DNA from: Pseudomonadota bacterium
GTDB taxonomy: Bacteria > Bdellovibrionota > FAC87 > UBA2466
Length of the DNA: 64,000 nt
Assembly (NCBI GenBank): GCA_009927165.1
Contig: RFNO01000053.1
Location: 16,143 to 80,142 of the forward strand
Direction of reading: 5' to 3'
Shown here piece after piece: positions 20,849 through 29,943 of this stretch (positions within the stretch are counted from its first letter, which is position 1; each line of letters opens with the position of its first letter). The notes beneath the pieces are model-generated. The model was given only the letters and a program-made list of their open reading frames with translations, was not told where the DNA came from and searched no databases. The position numbers were made by a program, and so were the translations under genes.

Positions 20849-22267
20849 TTGTTTCTGAACAATTTTTCTAACAATTTCAAGAAAAAGTCGGAGCAATCTG
20901 TGTCTATTCGTCGAATCTTGATTTGCGAAGGTGACTCTCAAATATCCAAAAGATATCGAGAGGTTTTAGAGGGTAATGGGTACTGGGTTCAAGAGAGTCC
21001 AGATATTGCTGAGGCAATCAGGTTGGCTACCAAGCAGACATTTCACCTCTGTCTCTGGGGATATCAGGATAGCGAGGGGTTAAACAAACTCCAAAGTTTT
21101 CGCGCTGAGCGTCCAGGTTGTGCCGTCGTTGTTCTAGGATCGGAAAACAGTCCTTCCTCTATTGTGAACTTGATGAGGGCGGGGGCTTCTGATTTTTGGG
21201 ATTCGAACCAAGAAATAGCCGGATTACTGACCGTTATTGAAGAGAATTTAGGGAGAATTATTTCCACTCCCCCTGATTTGAGCCAAAACGAGTTTTCCAT
21301 TCCCCAATTCGTGGGAAGACATCCTAAGATTCTTGAGATTTTCCAGCTCATTATGAGCATTAAAGATACGGACTCAAATGTACTCATTACCGGAGAGAGC
21401 GGAACTGGAAAAGAAGTCGTGGCCAGAGCTATTCACGATTTGAGCCCGAGAAAAAAACTACCCCTAATTGCCGTTAATTGTGGAGCGATACCGGCAACAC
21501 TTCTGGAAAGTGAGCTCTTCGGCCATATGAAGGGAGCCTTTACTGGGGCAACTCAAAACCGTATTGGGCGTTTTCAATTGGCTGGGCAGGGAACTTTATT
21601 TTTGGACGAAATCAGTGATCTGTCTTTGGATTTACAATCCAAAATTCTAAGAGCTATTCAGCAAAAAGTTTATGAACCTGTGGGAAGTGCTCACAGCCTG
21701 TATCTAAACGCCAGAATCATTGCAGCTTCCAATCAAAATCTTGAGACTGCAGTGGGTGAAAAGAGATTCAGAGAGGATCTTTATTATCGACTAAACGTGA
21801 TTCCTATTAATATCCCACCGCTTCGTGATAGGAAGTCAGATATTCCCCTTCTTGTTAAAGCCTTTACCGACAAATTTGCTAGTCAGTATGCGAGAGAAGT
21901 CACAGGGGTATCTGAAGACTCATTGAGAATTCTGATGCAGTACCATTGGCCAGGAAATATTCGTGAGCTAGAGAACTTAATCGAGCGAGTAGTAATCCTT
22001 AAAAGAGATAAGGGAATCATCGACGTTAAAGACTTGCCTATCGAGCATTTTAAACGGGTTACTTTGGATAGGTATATCAGTAGCGTGTCCCTTCCAGATA
22101 ATGGTTTGGACCTAAATGATGCTATCAACGATTTCGAAAATGAATTAATCATACAGGCACTTCAAAAGACACAGGGCAATAAAAACAAAGCTGCTTATCT
22201 TTTGAACTTGAATAGAACTACTTTAGTAGAGAAGTTAAAGAGAAAAGGTCTCAAACTCGCTTGTTAG
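20849..22267 (+). CDS. Sigma-54-dependent transcriptional activator with a degenerate (non-phosphorylatable) receiver-like N-domain, FleQ/FlrA-like
   Basis: AAA+ sigma-54 interaction motifs [29 protein letters not shown]. Fis-type HTH at the C-terminus. N-domain aligns to REC, but the phospho-acceptor Asp and conserved Lys positions are replaced. Confidence 0.7.
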   Translation: MFLNNFSNNFKKKSEQSVSIRRILICEGDSQISKRYREVLEGNGYWVQESPDIAEAIRLATKQTFHLCLWGYQDSEGLNKLQSFRAERPGCAVVVLGSENSPSSIVNLMRAGASDFWDSNQEIAGLLTVIEENLGRIISTPPDLSQNEFSIPQFVGRHPKILEIFQLIMSIKDTDSNVLITGESGTGKEVVARAIHDLSPRKKLPLIAVNCGAIPATLLESELFGHMKGAFTGATQNRIGRFQLAGQGTLFLDEISDLSLDLQSKILRAIQQKVYEPVGSAHSLYLNARIIAASNQNLETAVGEKRFREDLYYRLNVIPINIPPLRDRKSDIPLLVKAFTDKFASQYAREVTGVSEDSLRILMQYHWPGNIRELENLIERVVILKRDKGIIDVKDLPIEHFKRVTLDRYISSVSLPDNGLDLNDAINDFENELIIQALQKTQGNKNKAAYLLNLNRTTLVEKLKRKGLKLAC

Positions 22268-22280
22268 TTTGCGGTCTTCT

Positions 22281-23087
22281 TTAATTCCTTTTTTCTTCTT
22301 TTTCTTTTTCTGATGATTCAATGAATTGGCGCATGAAATATTTTAAGATGCTGCTACGTTTGGCGCCTCCTAAAAGTGACTTCACATCCTCGTATACGGT
22401 GGGATCGTTTACTATTGAGCCCAGAGTTCCATCACCCGAATCGATCTTACTCAAAATTGAATCGAGGTGGGATAAAGCCTTATTCAAATTTTGGCCGCTT
22501 GTTCCATAAAATAGCTCATTGAGAAGGCTCTTTTCTTTTCTTATTTGACCGGACAATTGAACTAAGTTGTCTGATAATCTTGCCAGATTTTTAATGGTCG
22601 AATCAACATCTCCCCCTTCTCTCAAATAGCGCGCAATACCTTCCATCAGATTACCGCTTTTTGAAAATAGGTCAGGAGTGTCTTGGGTACGTATCGTATC
22701 GCCATTTTTTAGTTCCGCTTGTCCATTTGTTCCAATAGCAAGCTCAATATAGCGATCCCCCAGAACCCCTTGAGTCTTTAAAGTGGCAGTTGAATCTTCT
22801 CTGAGGCGACCACGCGCTACCGATGAAATCTGTAGCTCGGCGATCATATCCTTTGAATCGTCCTTGGAAACCGAAATTTCCTTTACTATTCCCACCCTCA
22901 GCCCCGAAAGTGAAACTTCAGAACCTGGATGTAAACCCTTTACATCTTTGAAACGAGCATAAAGTGTGAAAGTGGAGTGTAAAAAACCAGTCCCGCTCCC
23001 CATCACAAAAATGAGATAAGTGGCGATAAGAAGTCCCAGCACAACGAAAGTACCAACGAAAACCTGATTAATCTTTCTACGTTCCAT
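22281..23087 (-). CDS. mlaD: MCE-domain protein MlaD (phospholipid ABC transport substrate-binding component)
   Basis: N-terminal TM anchor plus MCE domain. Downstream of mlaE-mlaF. Confidence 0.7.
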   Translation of the reverse strand: MERRKINQVFVGTFVVLGLLIATYLIFVMGSGTGFLHSTFTLYARFKDVKGLHPGSEVSLSGLRVGIVKEISVSKDDSKDMIAELQISSVARGRLREDSTATLKTQGVLGDRYIELAIGTNGQAELKNGDTIRTQDTPDLFSKSGNLMEGIARYLREGGDVDSTIKNLARLSDNLVQLSGQIRKEKSLLNELFYGTSGQNLNKALSHLDSILSKIDSGDGTLGSIVNDPTVYEDVKSLLGGAKRSSILKYFMRQFIESSEKEKEEKRN

Positions 23088-23851
23088 TACCAGCTCTCCC
23101 CAGAAATGAAGCCTTGAAGAACCGGATCCTTCATGTGTTCAATTTCCTTTGCGGTACCTAGTGCCCTGATTTTCCCATCCTTTAAAAAAGCAACACGGTC
23201 TGTGACTGAAAAAATAGCATGCATATCATGTGTCACCAGCACAGATGTTACGCCGTGATCTTTAAGCTGCAAAATAATGTTGAGTATTTGTCTTGTGTTA
23301 TAGGGATCTAATCCCGTTGTTGGTTCATCATAAAGAATAACCTCTGGCTCAAGAATAATACTGCGAGCTACTCCGACCCGTCTTTGCATCCCGCCACTTA
23401 AGTCTGATGGAAGAAGATCGATGCTTTTTTCAAGGCCCACTTTTGAAAGAGTGGAAACTACCCTGTGGTGAATTTCTTCCTCACTTAATTGGGTGTGGGC
23501 ACGCAGAGGATACGCCAAATTTTCTTTGACGGTTAAGCTATCAAAGAGAGCCCCATACTGAAAGACATAAGCTATTCTCTTTCGTACATCGATAAGTTGT
23601 TGCTCCGACAGAACGCAAATATCTTTATTTCCAAAGAAAATGCTGCCTTGGTCTGGATGCTCAAGGCCAATCAAAGAACGGAGTAGAACGCTTTTTCCTG
23701 TGCCACTTCCTCCCATTAAAGTGAGAACTTCCCCGCGGTAAATATCCAAATCGATCCCATCATGAACCGCTTTATCTCCAAAAAATTTTTTTATGCCTCT
23801 TATTTTTATGAGAAGCTCAAGCTCGGTAGGTTGTTCGTGTCGTTGTACCAT
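23087..23851 (-). CDS. mlaF: ABC transporter ATP-binding protein MlaF
   Basis: Walker A GGSGTGKS, signature LSGGMQRRV, Walker B. Confidence 0.8.
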   Translation of the reverse strand: MVQRHEQPTELELLIKIRGIKKFFGDKAVHDGIDLDIYRGEVLTLMGGSGTGKSVLLRSLIGLEHPDQGSIFFGNKDICVLSEQQLIDVRKRIAYVFQYGALFDSLTVKENLAYPLRAHTQLSEEEIHHRVVSTLSKVGLEKSIDLLPSDLSGGMQRRVGVARSIILEPEVILYDEPTTGLDPYNTRQILNIILQLKDHGVTSVLVTHDMHAIFSVTDRVAFLKDGKIRALGTAKEIEHMKDPVLQGFISGESW

Positions 23852-24658
23852 TTATATTTTTTCCAGAATCCAAAATAGTTTAGTGAGAATAAAATCGAAA
23901 ATCACAATAAGAATTGAGGATGTGACGACCGCATAATTGGTTGCTTGTCCTACTCCCTGGGTTCCCCCTGTGGTCCTGAGTCCATAGTAACAGCCTGTTA
24001 CACTAATTAAGAGACCGAACAAAAATGTTTTTGTGACTCCAAATGTAAAATCTGTCACTTTTAGTGAAGTGATTCCTTCGTAAATATAGAAGTCAGGATT
24101 GATATTGAGCTCAGACATGGAGATGATCATTCCTCCTCCAATTCCCACCAAATCTGCAAAGACAGTCAGCAGGGGGGCCATAAGCAGCATGGCCAGAACC
24201 CTTGGAACCACAATTCTTTTGATGGGGTCTGTTCCTAAAGCGCGAATGGCGTCGATTTGTTGCGTAACATTCATTGAGCCGATTTCAGCCGCGATACCAG
24301 ATCCCACCCGGCCCGCCAACATGAGACAAGTAAGAACGGGTCCCAACTCACGCATGATGGACATGCCAACCACTTTTGGGACATAAAGTTTCCCACCGAA
24401 TCTTTCCAAACCGTATCCAAATTGGAGCGACATAACAAAACCAGTAGATAATGCTGTGATAAAAACCAGAGAACAGGAGCGCAACCCCAATTTATAGCAT
24501 TGCTCAACAAACAATCCAAAATAGAACGGGGGAGTGAATATGGCACGAACTGAGTTTAGAAGAAGTGCAACGCTGCCACCTGCAAAATTCAGGAGATGCC
24601 AGAGCGTTTTAAAAAGCCGCTCAAAAAAATAAAAAATAAAATATTTAGTCTGTTGCAT
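23852..24658 (-). CDS. mlaE: ABC transporter permease MlaE
   Basis: MlaE/Ttg2B family polytopic permease, ~268 aa. Adjacent to mlaF and mlaD. Confidence 0.75.
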   Translation of the reverse strand: MQQTKYFIFYFFERLFKTLWHLLNFAGGSVALLLNSVRAIFTPPFYFGLFVEQCYKLGLRSCSLVFITALSTGFVMSLQFGYGLERFGGKLYVPKVVGMSIMRELGPVLTCLMLAGRVGSGIAAEIGSMNVTQQIDAIRALGTDPIKRIVVPRVLAMLLMAPLLTVFADLVGIGGGMIISMSELNINPDFYIYEGITSLKVTDFTFGVTKTFLFGLLISVTGCYYGLRTTGGTQGVGQATNYAVVTSSILIVIFDFILTKLFWILEKI

Positions 24659-25184
24659 ATTTAAGGGATTTTACAAAAGTTAAAAAATCTTTGGTCTCCT
24701 GAGCTGATATTGCTTTTGGACTCATCAGCGAGAAATCAAAAACACAGCCCCGTTTTTTTACAACAACAATATCAAGCAAAAAGGGTACTCCCTCCGAACT
24801 GGCTCTCACACGACTGTAAAGAGCTTCACTGCCTGAAACAACAAGTTCTTCCTCTCTTTCGATTTTTATGTTTCTCGACCCAATCAAAAGCTCTTTTGTC
24901 AAAACTCGTAAACTCGCCTCTTTGTGTTTGTTACACGAGCTTGTCACTGTGACGGTATTTCCCGATGGGAGCTGGTAAGCCTCATCGCTTTCACCATCAC
25001 TCCCTCTTCTTTGCCACTGACGAGGAGCTGAAAGCTGATAATCGTTTGCTCTTCGAATTTCGCTGCCACCCCCACCCAAAACGGCACATCCTGTAGTGAA
25101 ACTGATGAAGCTCAGTAGCAATAATATCAGAGGATTTAACAAGGTTGATTTCATGAGCAAATTCCTTAAACGGATTCCTCCCAC
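24645..25184 (-). CDS. Hypothetical lipoprotein (probable start at Met11, ~25154)
   Basis: Signal peptide with lipobox FTTGC. First gene of the mla-like cluster on the minus strand. Confidence 0.4.
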   Translation of the reverse strand: MGGIRLRNLLMKSTLLNPLILLLLSFISFTTGCAVLGGGGSEIRRANDYQLSAPRQWQRRGSDGESDEAYQLPSGNTVTVTSSCNKHKEASLRVLTKELLIGSRNIKIEREEELVVSGSEALYSRVRASSEGVPFLLDIVVVKKRGCVFDFSLMSPKAISAQETKDFLTFVKSLKYATD

Positions 25185-25323
25185 TTATCGGAATGTTTTG
25201 ATGAGATTTACAGCATTGAAAAATGCTCAGATCGGAGCTTTGCGGCGAAGCCAAATAGTTGACGGTCTGACAAAATACTTGCTCATCCTGGGCAGGTAAC
25301 AGCAAAAAACAGAGCTGAAACTT

Positions 25324-25339
25324 CGGCACGTACTTTGCT
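25324..25339 (+). promoter_or_regulatory. Sigma-54 (-24/-12) promoter candidate cGGCAC-gtact-TTGCt
   Basis: 9/10 match to TGGCAC-N5-TTGC with correct GG-N10-GC spacing. Intergenic, oriented toward the TPR/EBP operon. Confidence 0.4.
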
Positions 25340-27713
25340 CTTTACTTTAAACGTGCACATTAAACTTCGCGTTAATTATTCAGTTCTTTACGTGTTGAGC
25401 TTCGTGTTTGCCCTGTCTGGACGCCCCGCAACAAATTTCTGGGAATTGAAAGATCTGGATCTCCCCATGCCATTTTGTGAAGGGGTGACCAATCTAGAGG
25501 TGGCCCCTACTTATTTCACAGAAATTGAAAATCAATTAGGCGGAACGCCAGAGTACAATGGCTTGATTCAAAGCTATCATCGCAAAGATTGGGAAAAGTT
25601 AGGCAATGAAATTGCAACTTTTCGCAGGGTATTTGAAACTTCACGACTTCAAGAAGCTGTTGATTTTCTGGAACTCCAGGCCCAATTAGACCAAATTCCA
25701 AATTCAGAGCCGAGTCAGATCAAAAAGTTCGAATCAAAGTTTAGAGAGATTTTACTCCTCTATCCCCATTCAACATTGGCACCTGTCCTATCAGCCTCTT
25801 TGGCGAGTTTCTATCTGAAAAATGGATCTTATGCGAAAGCCCTAGGGCTGTATCAAACAGGAAAGCAGGAGTATCCCTTTCACCCCAGCGCCTGTGTTTT
25901 TCTCCTCGGTAGTGCCGAGTCGCAGTATCTTCTTCACAACTACGAAGATGCCAAAAAAGGATTCAGCCAAGTTCTTCAAAAGTGCGATGCGGCTAGATTG
26001 CAAATGGGCTCTCGAATCAGACTCATCGATATCGACAGAGAATCGGGACAAGACCTCAAAAAAATAGAAAAAGCTTACGAGAAGATCCAAGTGAAAAATG
26101 GCCACTTAATTTCCCGATTCCACCCCGAGCTCCTATTCAATTTAGGAGAACTTAAATACCGTCAAGGAAATTATCCAAGCGCCTCCTTCTATTTCAACGA
26201 GTTTACAAAAGTAGAGGAGCATTTTTCCGAATGCCAAGCTCCCCTTCGGAAGCGACTAGCAGACTTGTCGGTAAAACGAAAAGATAAGCTTCCCGCAGTG
26301 ATTGGTAATTATTTAACCGTAAAAGAAAAATTCCCAAAAAGTGATTGGGGACACTTTTCGAAAGCCCACGCCTTGTTGATGGAATTTAAAGATCTGGACT
26401 CAGCTGAAATTGAGAGGCGTTTAACGGTAGTCGATGAAGAGCTGTTAGCAATTAAGGACGAAAAACTTCGTACGGTTGGTAACATAGAAAAGGGGTTATC
26501 CCTTCTTGAAGCAAGCAATGAAGAAGCTCTTGGTTACCTATCTAAATTGAATGAGCAGAATGGCTTTGATTTGAAGCAAGGAGAAGTGGGATCTTTCATT
26601 CGAGTGAACACGTTACAGGTCCTGGAAAAATTAGCTCGAACCCCGTCAACAGTTTCCCAAGCTGAACGAGATGAGAAGTTACTAGCCCCACTTGAGCATT
26701 CCTACAAAGAATGGTTTGAGGGCACACCCATGGCCAAAAAGGCGCAAAACCTTTACCGAGATCTCATCGTGCAGAGCGCTTTGGAAAATCTTGAGCAAAA
26801 AGGGTTGAAAAAGTCATTGGAGAAGTTAGAGCGCTGGCAGACTTCTTCATTATTTAATCAGCAAAAAGTAGAGTTAAGTACTAAAATGAAACTGGGCGAC
26901 TCTCTTGTCCGTTGGTGGTTTAGCGAAACCAATCGAGATGAGAAAAAATCAGCCGAACGTCTGCTCGATAAAAAAGAAGTCATATCTGCTTTGATTAGTC
27001 CGGAGTATGACCCACTCTGGTTACAGACCTACTTAACAGTAGAAAAACCGCTCGAATTAGAAGTGGCTCTTAAGGCCATGGAAAAACAGAGAAGTATTGC
27101 TTCTGCTTTTAAGCCTAAAGATGGCCTAATTTCCTCCTATCTGGCATTGATGATGGGTAGGGCTTTTCGCGAAGCAAAACAATACCAAAAAAGCGAAGAA
27201 TCGCTTTCAAAAATCACTCACCCCAAACTCAGTGCCCTAAAAAGGCTTGAACAAGTAAAAACTTTTTCGAGTGCGGGTCAGTTTGAAAAAGCCCTCAAAA
27301 TTGGTTTGAGAGGATTAGAAAAAGCAGACCTGGCCTCTTCTGGTGCCTATCTGGACTTAATGAAGCGATCCGTACTTGCCGGGAAAAAATGGGGTCTCTC
27401 GGAAGAAGTTTTAAAATCAGCTCAAAAAAAGGGATTAAAGGAAAAAGATTTAGCTCCTTTCTTAGCAATGTCGGCAAGAGCGGAGCTTGAAAAGTCGAAT
27501 TGTTCGCTATCTATTAAGCGTTATGAAGAGGCTATTAAGATTGCCCCTGATTCCCCTGAGAAATTAGAAAACCGTTTCTATCTGGGTAAGTGTCGGAGCA
27601 AAATGAAAGATACCAAAGGGGCCATCAAGGAGTGGAGAGAAATTGCTTCTCAAAAGGACGAGTTTTGGAGTCCGCTTGCTGAAAATGAAATCAAACTATT
27701 GGAGTCGCCATGA
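25335..27713 (+). CDS. Large TPR-repeat protein with N-terminal hydrophobic segment; the true start is probably downstream of the annotated 25335
   Basis: Multiple TPR-like helical repeats ([18 protein letters not shown]...). Stop overlaps the start of the downstream sigma-54 EBP (ATGA). Confidence 0.55.
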   Translation: MLFTLNVHIKLRVNYSVLYVLSFVFALSGRPATNFWELKDLDLPMPFCEGVTNLEVAPTYFTEIENQLGGTPEYNGLIQSYHRKDWEKLGNEIATFRRVFETSRLQEAVDFLELQAQLDQIPNSEPSQIKKFESKFREILLLYPHSTLAPVLSASLASFYLKNGSYAKALGLYQTGKQEYPFHPSACVFLLGSAESQYLLHNYEDAKKGFSQVLQKCDAARLQMGSRIRLIDIDRESGQDLKKIEKAYEKIQVKNGHLISRFHPELLFNLGELKYRQGNYPSASFYFNEFTKVEEHFSECQAPLRKRLADLSVKRKDKLPAVIGNYLTVKEKFPKSDWGHFSKAHALLMEFKDLDSAEIERRLTVVDEELLAIKDEKLRTVGNIEKGLSLLEASNEEALGYLSKLNEQNGFDLKQGEVGSFIRVNTLQVLEKLARTPSTVSQAERDEKLLAPLEHSYKEWFEGTPMAKKAQNLYRDLIVQSALENLEQKGLKKSLEKLERWQTSSLFNQQKVELSTKMKLGDSLVRWWFSETNRDEKKSAERLLDKKEVISALISPEYDPLWLQTYLTVEKPLELEVALKAMEKQRSIASAFKPKDGLISSYLALMMGRAFREAKQYQKSEESLSKITHPKLSALKRLEQVKTFSSAGQFEKALKIGLRGLEKADLASSGAYLDLMKRSVLAGKKWGLSEEVLKSAQKKGLKEKDLAPFLAMSARAELEKSNCSLSIKRYEEAIKIAPDSPEKLENRFYLGKCRSKMKDTKGAIKEWREIASQKDEFWSPLAENEIKLLESP

Positions 27714-28660
27714 CAACGCTGAATTTTCATCACCGAAAGATGCTGATTGCTGATGAGTTGATGGAAAAGCTTTTGAAAACGTCTCGGAGAGCAGCAATGG
27801 CCGACTCTTCAGTCCTTCTCTGCGGAGAAAGTGGGACTGGCAAAGAATTAATTGCTCGTTATATCCACGAGATCAGCAACCGAAGGGAAATGCCATTTAT
27901 CAGTGTGAACTGTGCAGCTATTCCGGAGGGACTTATGGAAGCTGAGCTCTTTGGATATGAAAAGGGAGCTTTCACGGGTGCACTAGTACAAAGAATCGGA
28001 AAATTCGAACGGGCCCAAGGTGGAACACTTTTGTTAGATGAAGTCAGTGAAATGTCATTGCCCTTACAGGCCAAGTTGCTTCGGGTTTTGCAGGAATCGG
28101 AAATAGACCGATTAGGTGGTAAGGGGCCTATCCGAATTAACACAAGAATTATCGCAACCACGAACAAAGATCCTTTTGAATTGATCAGTAAAGGGTTGTT
28201 CCGGGAAGATTTATACTATCGCCTAAATGTATTTAGAATTGAATGCCATCCTCTGCGCGAAAGACGGGAAGCCATTAGAAAACTGTCTCAATTTTTTCTG
28301 GAGAATCTGAGGGAGCGATATGAGCTTCTCAATCAGACTTTCAGTGCCGAAGCCTTGGAAAAGTTAGACAAACATTCATGGCCTGGAAATATAAGAGAGT
28401 TGGCAAATGCCATTGAACGGACCGCCTTAATGACAGAAGAGGCACTCATCGGTCCTGAGCATATCAGTTTCTTACGGTCACACCCGCGCCCAGTTGAAAT
28501 GGAAACAGTGAGTGAAGAATCACTAGCTGCGTTGGAGAAAAGGCACATTGAAAAGATGCTGGAGAAGGTCGATGGAAATCGTACGGAAGCAGCCAGGAAA
28601 CTGGGGATAAGTGTAAGGACTCTGAGAAATAAGCTTAAGGAATATCAAGCTCCATCCTGA
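27710..28660 (+). CDS. Sigma-54-dependent transcriptional activator, activator-only (AAA+ plus Fis HTH, no receiver or sensor domain), PspF-like architecture
   Basis: [25 protein letters not shown]. 316 aa, starting directly in the AAA+ domain. C-terminal HTH. Confidence 0.8.
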   Translation: MTTLNFHHRKMLIADELMEKLLKTSRRAAMADSSVLLCGESGTGKELIARYIHEISNRREMPFISVNCAAIPEGLMEAELFGYEKGAFTGALVQRIGKFERAQGGTLLLDEVSEMSLPLQAKLLRVLQESEIDRLGGKGPIRINTRIIATTNKDPFELISKGLFREDLYYRLNVFRIECHPLRERREAIRKLSQFFLENLRERYELLNQTFSAEALEKLDKHSWPGNIRELANAIERTALMTEEALIGPEHISFLRSHPRPVEMETVSEESLAALEKRHIEKMLEKVDGNRTEAARKLGISVRTLRNKLKEYQAPS

Positions 28661-28734
28661 AAAAAAGTCCACTTAGTATGGAAGGATTTTCCTAACTCAG
28701 GCCGGCAAGGAGCAAATTTTGTGCGAGATTGACC

Positions 28735-28750
28735 TGGCCTTAAGTTTGCA
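28735..28750 (+). promoter_or_regulatory. Sigma-54 promoter TGGCCT-TAAGT-TTGCA upstream of flgB
   Basis: GG-N10-GC spacing and 8/10 core match plus A. 45 nt upstream of the flgB ATG, immediately downstream of the EBP gene. Confidence 0.55.
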
Positions 28751-28794
28751 GCTTTACCTTATCGGCATTTCTCCAAAAAACTTAAGAGATTTCT

Positions 28795-29172
28795 ATGACA
28801 CTGTTCGATAAAACCATTGATACTTTATCAAAGTCTCTAGACCTGCATCTGCTTCGCCAATCAGTAATCAGTGACAATATTGCGAATGCGGAAACACCCG
28901 GGTTTAAAGCCAGAAAAGTCGAATTTGAAAGTGAACTTCAACGAGCTGTTGAAGCTAATGAGACTGGAGTTAGCGAACCGGCCGTATTGTCAGTTGAGGC
29001 AAATATTACTCAAGATCCCCACTCTGAATTGGGTCAGGATCTCAATACAGTAGATATGGATCGCGAGATGGCCGCAATGACGAAAAACGACATTCAGTAT
29101 TCCGCTAATACTCAAATGATTAACAAAAAGTTTACTTTTCTTAAGTATGCCATCGGGGAAGGACGTAACTAA
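28795..29172 (+). CDS. flgB: Flagellar basal-body rod protein FlgB
   Basis: ISDNIANAETPGFKARKVEFE rod-protein N-terminal motif. Confidence 0.85.
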   Translation: MTLFDKTIDTLSKSLDLHLLRQSVISDNIANAETPGFKARKVEFESELQRAVEANETGVSEPAVLSVEANITQDPHSELGQDLNTVDMDREMAAMTKNDIQYSANTQMINKKFTFLKYAIGEGRN

Positions 29173-29615
29173 TGGGTGATTTCTTTCAGTCTATTGATGT
29201 AAGCGCATCAGCTTTAAGTGCAGAACGAATGCGCATGAACACTACCTCAAGTAATTTAGCAAATGCCCAAACTACACGAACACCTGAAGGCGGACCTTAT
29301 CGCCGGAAAGATGTTGTTTTTGAAGCTGAAACGACCCGAAGTTTTGCTTCGGAATTAGCAGGGCAAATGAAAGAAGTTCCTCTACATCGAGTAAAAGTGA
29401 CAGATGTCGTTTCTGATCCGAATCCTCCCAAGTTAGTTTATCAACCCGGACATCCCGATGCCAATCCGGAAGGATTCGTTGCTTATCCTAATATAAATAC
29501 AATGGAAGAAATGGTGAATTTGATCACTGCGAGTCGAACTTATGAAGCCAACGTCACATCGATTAATGTGACCAAAGGCATGATGAATAAGGCCCTTGAA
29601 ATAGGGAGAAAATAA
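29172..29615 (+). CDS. flgC: Flagellar basal-body rod protein FlgC
   Basis: SASALSAERMRMNTTSSNLANAQTT motif. ~147 aa. Confidence 0.85.
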   Translation: MGDFFQSIDVSASALSAERMRMNTTSSNLANAQTTRTPEGGPYRRKDVVFEAETTRSFASELAGQMKEVPLHRVKVTDVVSDPNPPKLVYQPGHPDANPEGFVAYPNINTMEEMVNLITASRTYEANVTSINVTKGMMNKALEIGRK

Positions 29616-29618
29616 TAA

Positions 29619-29921
29619 ATGAATATCTCAAGTATTAGTCCCAATTTAATTCCTAATGAAGCTCCCCTTTCCTCAAGCCCCCCCACGCAAGAGGCAAAAG
29701 GAGAAACATTTACTGAGTTTTTAAGCCGTTCGATTGATCAAGTGAACGACCTTCTGGCAAATGCTGATAAAAGTGCCACTGATCTAGCAACTGGAAAATC
29801 TGAGAATCTACACGATGCCATGATCACTATGGAAAAAGCTGAAACAGCATTCAAGCTTTTGATGCAAGTTAGAAACAAAGTGATTGATGCTTATCAAGAA
29901 GTCATGCGGATGCAGGTTTGA
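29619..29921 (+). CDS. fliE: Flagellar hook-basal body complex protein FliE
   Basis: ~100 aa. FliE-like C-terminus and operon position. Confidence 0.75.
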   Translation: MNISSISPNLIPNEAPLSSSPPTQEAKGETFTEFLSRSIDQVNDLLANADKSATDLATGKSENLHDAMITMEKAETAFKLLMQVRNKVIDAYQEVMRMQV

Positions 29922-29943
29922 TTTTTAGCTATTTAGGAGCGAC

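Noticed and set aside
21185-21200. tRNA T-loop-like GGGATTCGAACC string
   Set aside because: It lies inside the EBP coding sequence with no acceptor or anticodon arm context. No tRNA genes are evident in the short intergenic regions of this window.
24997-25329. 110-aa ORF on the minus strand overlapping the lipoprotein gene and the divergent promoter region
   Set aside because: It overlaps the better-supported lipoprotein CDS in another frame and covers the sigma-54 promoter region. It is most likely non-coding.
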